From assembly GCA_020057405.1 (NCBI GenBank), contig JAGVFW010000007.1, forward strand, positions 1-59,371: a stretch of DNA of 59,371 nt, written 5' to 3'. This DNA comes from an archaeon. GTDB lineage: Archaea > Micrarchaeota > Micrarchaeia > Norongarragalinales > UBA97. A program made the position numbers and the translations under genes. The notes under the pieces were generated by a model, which saw only the letters and a program-made list of their open reading frames with translations, was not told where the DNA came from and did not search any database. This document shows positions 56,873 to 59,371 of the stretch, one piece after another (the first letter of the stretch is position 1; every line of letters starts with the position of its first letter).

Positions 56873-57580
56873 TTAGGCAGGGAGGGCGAAGTCGGCGTCG
56901 GCAACAGTTGCCGCGTAGGCGGTTGCCTTGGTCTCGGTCTGCACCGTCACGCCCGACTGCGTTGCGCTGTAAGAGACGAAGAGCGGCACGCAATCAGACG
57001 AGATGCAGTAGCGGATGTCGCCTTGCGCGTTGCTTCCCTTGAAGCAGTTGGCAGTCGTGCCTGCGACGCTCATCGTGCCGTCGGCAACATAGGTGTCTGC
57101 GTTTGCCTTAACGTCAGTCTCGACGTTGGTTGCGGGAACCTGCGATGCCTGGCAGTTCCAGCTTCCGCCGGCCTGGAAGCACGAGTTCACGGTCGTTCCA
57201 TCGACAAAAGTGCGGACTTCGACGCCGCTTGATGTGACGTCTGTGCGTATCTTGCCGTCCTTGAAGTACTGCGTCATCTGCACTTGCGAAGATTCGCCAT
57301 TGGTGACAGCTTTGACGGCGTAGTCGACCTTCCATGAGCGGCTGGCTGAAAGGCAAGTCGTGAGGGCTGATGTCTCGACTTTGGGGGTTGGAGTGGCGTC
57401 ATTGACCGCCGGAGTCGGCGTTGCGTCAAGGACTAAGGGCGTCGCAGTTGCAACCGCGACGGGAGTGGGCGTGGCTTCAATCACGGCTGGCGTCGGGGTA
57501 GCCGACGTTGCGCCATTGCCGACACAACCAAGAAGCAGCATCGAAACAGCTAGTAATCCAATAAACTCTTTCACGTACAC
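56873..57580 (-). CDS. Lipoprotein-like secreted protein with ATPTP repeats
   Basis: LLLGC lipobox, TP linker, beta-rich domain ending DADFALP; GAGGTGA SD. Confidence 0.75.
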   Translation of the reverse strand: MYVKEFIGLLAVSMLLLGCVGNGATSATPTPAVIEATPTPVAVATATPLVLDATPTPAVNDATPTPKVETSALTTCLSASRSWKVDYAVKAVTNGESSQVQMTQYFKDGKIRTDVTSSGVEVRTFVDGTTVNSCFQAGGSWNCQASQVPATNVETDVKANADTYVADGTMSVAGTTANCFKGSNAQGDIRYCISSDCVPLFVSYSATQSGVTVQTETKATAYAATVADADFALPA

Positions 57581-57642
57581 TTCACCTCAGGAGTAAGGAA
57601 ACGCAGTAAACACTTTTAAAACCGGACCAAGCGCCCTCCCCC

Positions 57643-57879
57643 CTACCTTTTCTTCGCCTGCTTTACCTGGCTCTTTGCAAACTCGTGCAAAGCGATGCTT
57701 GAGTGGCTGCCCCCTGTGGCCCCCCTGTTGCCCTTGCCTTGAGGCATTGCGCCATACTCTTTTGCAAGCGACAGAATGCCTGCGCGGATGGCCTCTGCCC
57801 GTGTCTTGAAAAAGCCCTGAGCAATCAAACTTTCAAGCGCAGACTCAACAGCACCCTCAAGGCGAACAACAGTCTCCAT
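57643..57879 (-). CDS. CopG/RHH-type DNA-binding protein
   Basis: VVRL......LE.LI..G.F.TR.EAIR.GI..L; AGGTGA SD. Confidence 0.75.
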   Translation of the reverse strand: METVVRLEGAVESALESLIAQGFFKTRAEAIRAGILSLAKEYGAMPQGKGNRGATGGSHSSIALHEFAKSQVKQAKKR

Positions 57880-57989
57880 AAAATCACCTTTTTAGTATTA
57901 AATTGATATGAAAAAGTAGTATTTAAGTCTAACGGCACGACTAACTAGTCTTGACCTACACTAAATTACTATCAAAAACATATCAAAAA

Positions 57990-58976
57990 CTAGACTTTTC
58001 TCTGTTTTTTCCATTCGGAGACCATTTCGTGCGCTGCCTTTTGGAAGGTAGTCTTGGGCACCCAGCCTAAGAGGCGCCTTGCCTTGCTGACATCGTAGTA
58101 CCTATCGTGTGCGATTGTCTCAACTTCCTCGACAACTAGGGGCGGTTTTCTGCCAGTGAGCTTGTGGAACAGGCCGCCTGCCTTGGCAACCGAGTAGGCG
58201 AAGTGCAGGTTGACGTGCTTTGGTGCGAAAGGCACGCCCAGTTCCTTGCAAAGAAGCTTTATTGCTTCTTCCTGCCGGACCGGCTTGTCGCTTGCGATGA
58301 TGAAGTCCTCGTTTGCAATCGGCTTTTCGATTGCGAGGAGGTAGGCGGCAACGACATCGTCAACTGCAACCCAGGAAATGCGGTTCTTGCCGTCCCCGAC
58401 AATAGTCGCCCTGCCTTTTGCGGCTAGTGAAATGAATTTCCTGAAGTTGCTGACATACTCCTTGCCCACCATGACGGTGGGGCGGAGGATGACAAACGGA
58501 ATGCCGCTTGCGGCCACGGTCTCTTCAGCCGCCAGCTTGCTCTCGCCGTAGTAGTTGGTTGGCGTGGGCGGGTGGCCCTCAGTTATTGGCAGCTTGTGCG
58601 GCCGGCGAAAGACGCTGGTGCTTGAGGTGTAGATAAACTTCTTGACTCCGCCCGCCTTTAGGCAAGCCTGGATGAGGTTGACGGTCGCCTCGAAGTTCTC
58701 GCGGAAGAGTTTCTTGCGCGGCGCGAGGTAGTCGACAGTGCCGTAAACGTGGATGACGATGTCAGTGCCCTTGACAAACTGCTTGAGCAGCTCCGCCGGC
58801 GTCTCTCCTTCTTCCGCCAAATCGAGGAAGAGCCGCTTGCTGGCTTTCCTCGGCAGCTTGCTCGCGTCAAGTCTGGGCTGCATCACCAGGCGCACATCAT
58901 AGCCTTTCTTGAGGAGCGCGTCAAGCACGGCGTTGCCCAAGCGTCCGGGGCAACCCGTAAGCAGTACTTTCTTCAC
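57990..58976 (-). CDS. NAD-dependent epimerase/dehydratase (extended SDR)
   Basis: TGCPGRLG, SS..V, YGESK motifs. Confidence 0.9.
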   Translation of the reverse strand: MKKVLLTGCPGRLGNAVLDALLKKGYDVRLVMQPRLDASKLPRKASKRLFLDLAEEGETPAELLKQFVKGTDIVIHVYGTVDYLAPRKKLFRENFEATVNLIQACLKAGGVKKFIYTSSTSVFRRPHKLPITEGHPPTPTNYYGESKLAAEETVAASGIPFVILRPTVMVGKEYVSNFRKFISLAAKGRATIVGDGKNRISWVAVDDVVAAYLLAIEKPIANEDFIIASDKPVRQEEAIKLLCKELGVPFAPKHVNLHFAYSVAKAGGLFHKLTGRKPPLVVEEVETIAHDRYYDVSKARRLLGWVPKTTFQKAAHEMVSEWKKQRKV

Positions 58977-59044
58977 GTAAAACTCAAGGTAAGCACGGAT
59001 TAAAATGCTTCCCGCACCACTCTAATAATCGACTCAGCGATTTT

Positions 59045-59170
59045 GCAGGGGTTGCCGAGTCTGGCCAAAGGCGCGAGCCTCAAGGTCTCTAAAATCATCG
59101 CGCCATTGACTTGAGGAGATGAGCAAGCTCGTCTCTCAGGAGTTCGGGGGTTCAAATCCCTCCCCCTGCA
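59045..59170 (+). tRNA. tRNA-Leu(CAA) with a canonical 37/38 intron (59085..59125)
   Basis: Bulge-helix-bulge: CTCA/TGAG helix with AGG and CAA bulges; long variable arm; GGGGG-TTCAAAT-CCCTC T arm. Confidence 0.93.
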
Positions 59171-59371
59171 CTTAGACCTGGTCTAGAAGCAGACCTTGTC
59201 TCCTACGACTTGTTTTCATATCCAGAGACACAATTTCCCAGAATATAACCTATGCCCCACTTAGACGATGAATGTCTTTCACGATAACTATGGCACACTT
59301 TCCACCTAATGTTCTGGGTGGTGGAAAGTGGGTGTTTTGGAGAAGAAGCGTTTCTTCGTAAATCATTTGAA

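Noticed and set aside
59171-59371. AT-richer sequence after tRNA-Leu as the start of an island
   Set aside because: Plausible but truncated by the window end; no gene or boundary can be supported.

Overview
Archaeal genomic DNA, most consistent with a DPANN (Micrarchaeota-like) organism. This is inferred from FEN1, aMBF1, eS26, intron-containing tRNAs, GGTGA Shine-Dalgarno (SD) sites, TATA boxes and a patchy fermentative gene set. The first 17.7 kb hold a 5601-aa secreted, Asn-rich beta-helix/LamG surface protein. Its C-terminus appears to contain a split copy of the domain found in a small downstream secreted protein (1..360), which suggests a fibre/pilus with a giant adhesin. The rest contains housekeeping genes (fen, metK, pgk, gap, gdhA, rps26e), five tRNAs (two with introns, one non-canonical in the T-loop) and three toxin-antitoxin pairs. 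There is also a group 3b [NiFe]-hydrogenase operon with few maturation genes in the window, and an ApbE/FMN-binding/FTR1 iron-redox locus. Small accessory islets are bounded by repeats derived from tRNA 3' ends. Several micro-ORFs missing from the ORF track were read by hand, notably a cluster of Cys-Cys-terminated peptides around a CARF-like regulator and a glutaredoxin. All family calls come from motif recognition by eye; no searches were run.
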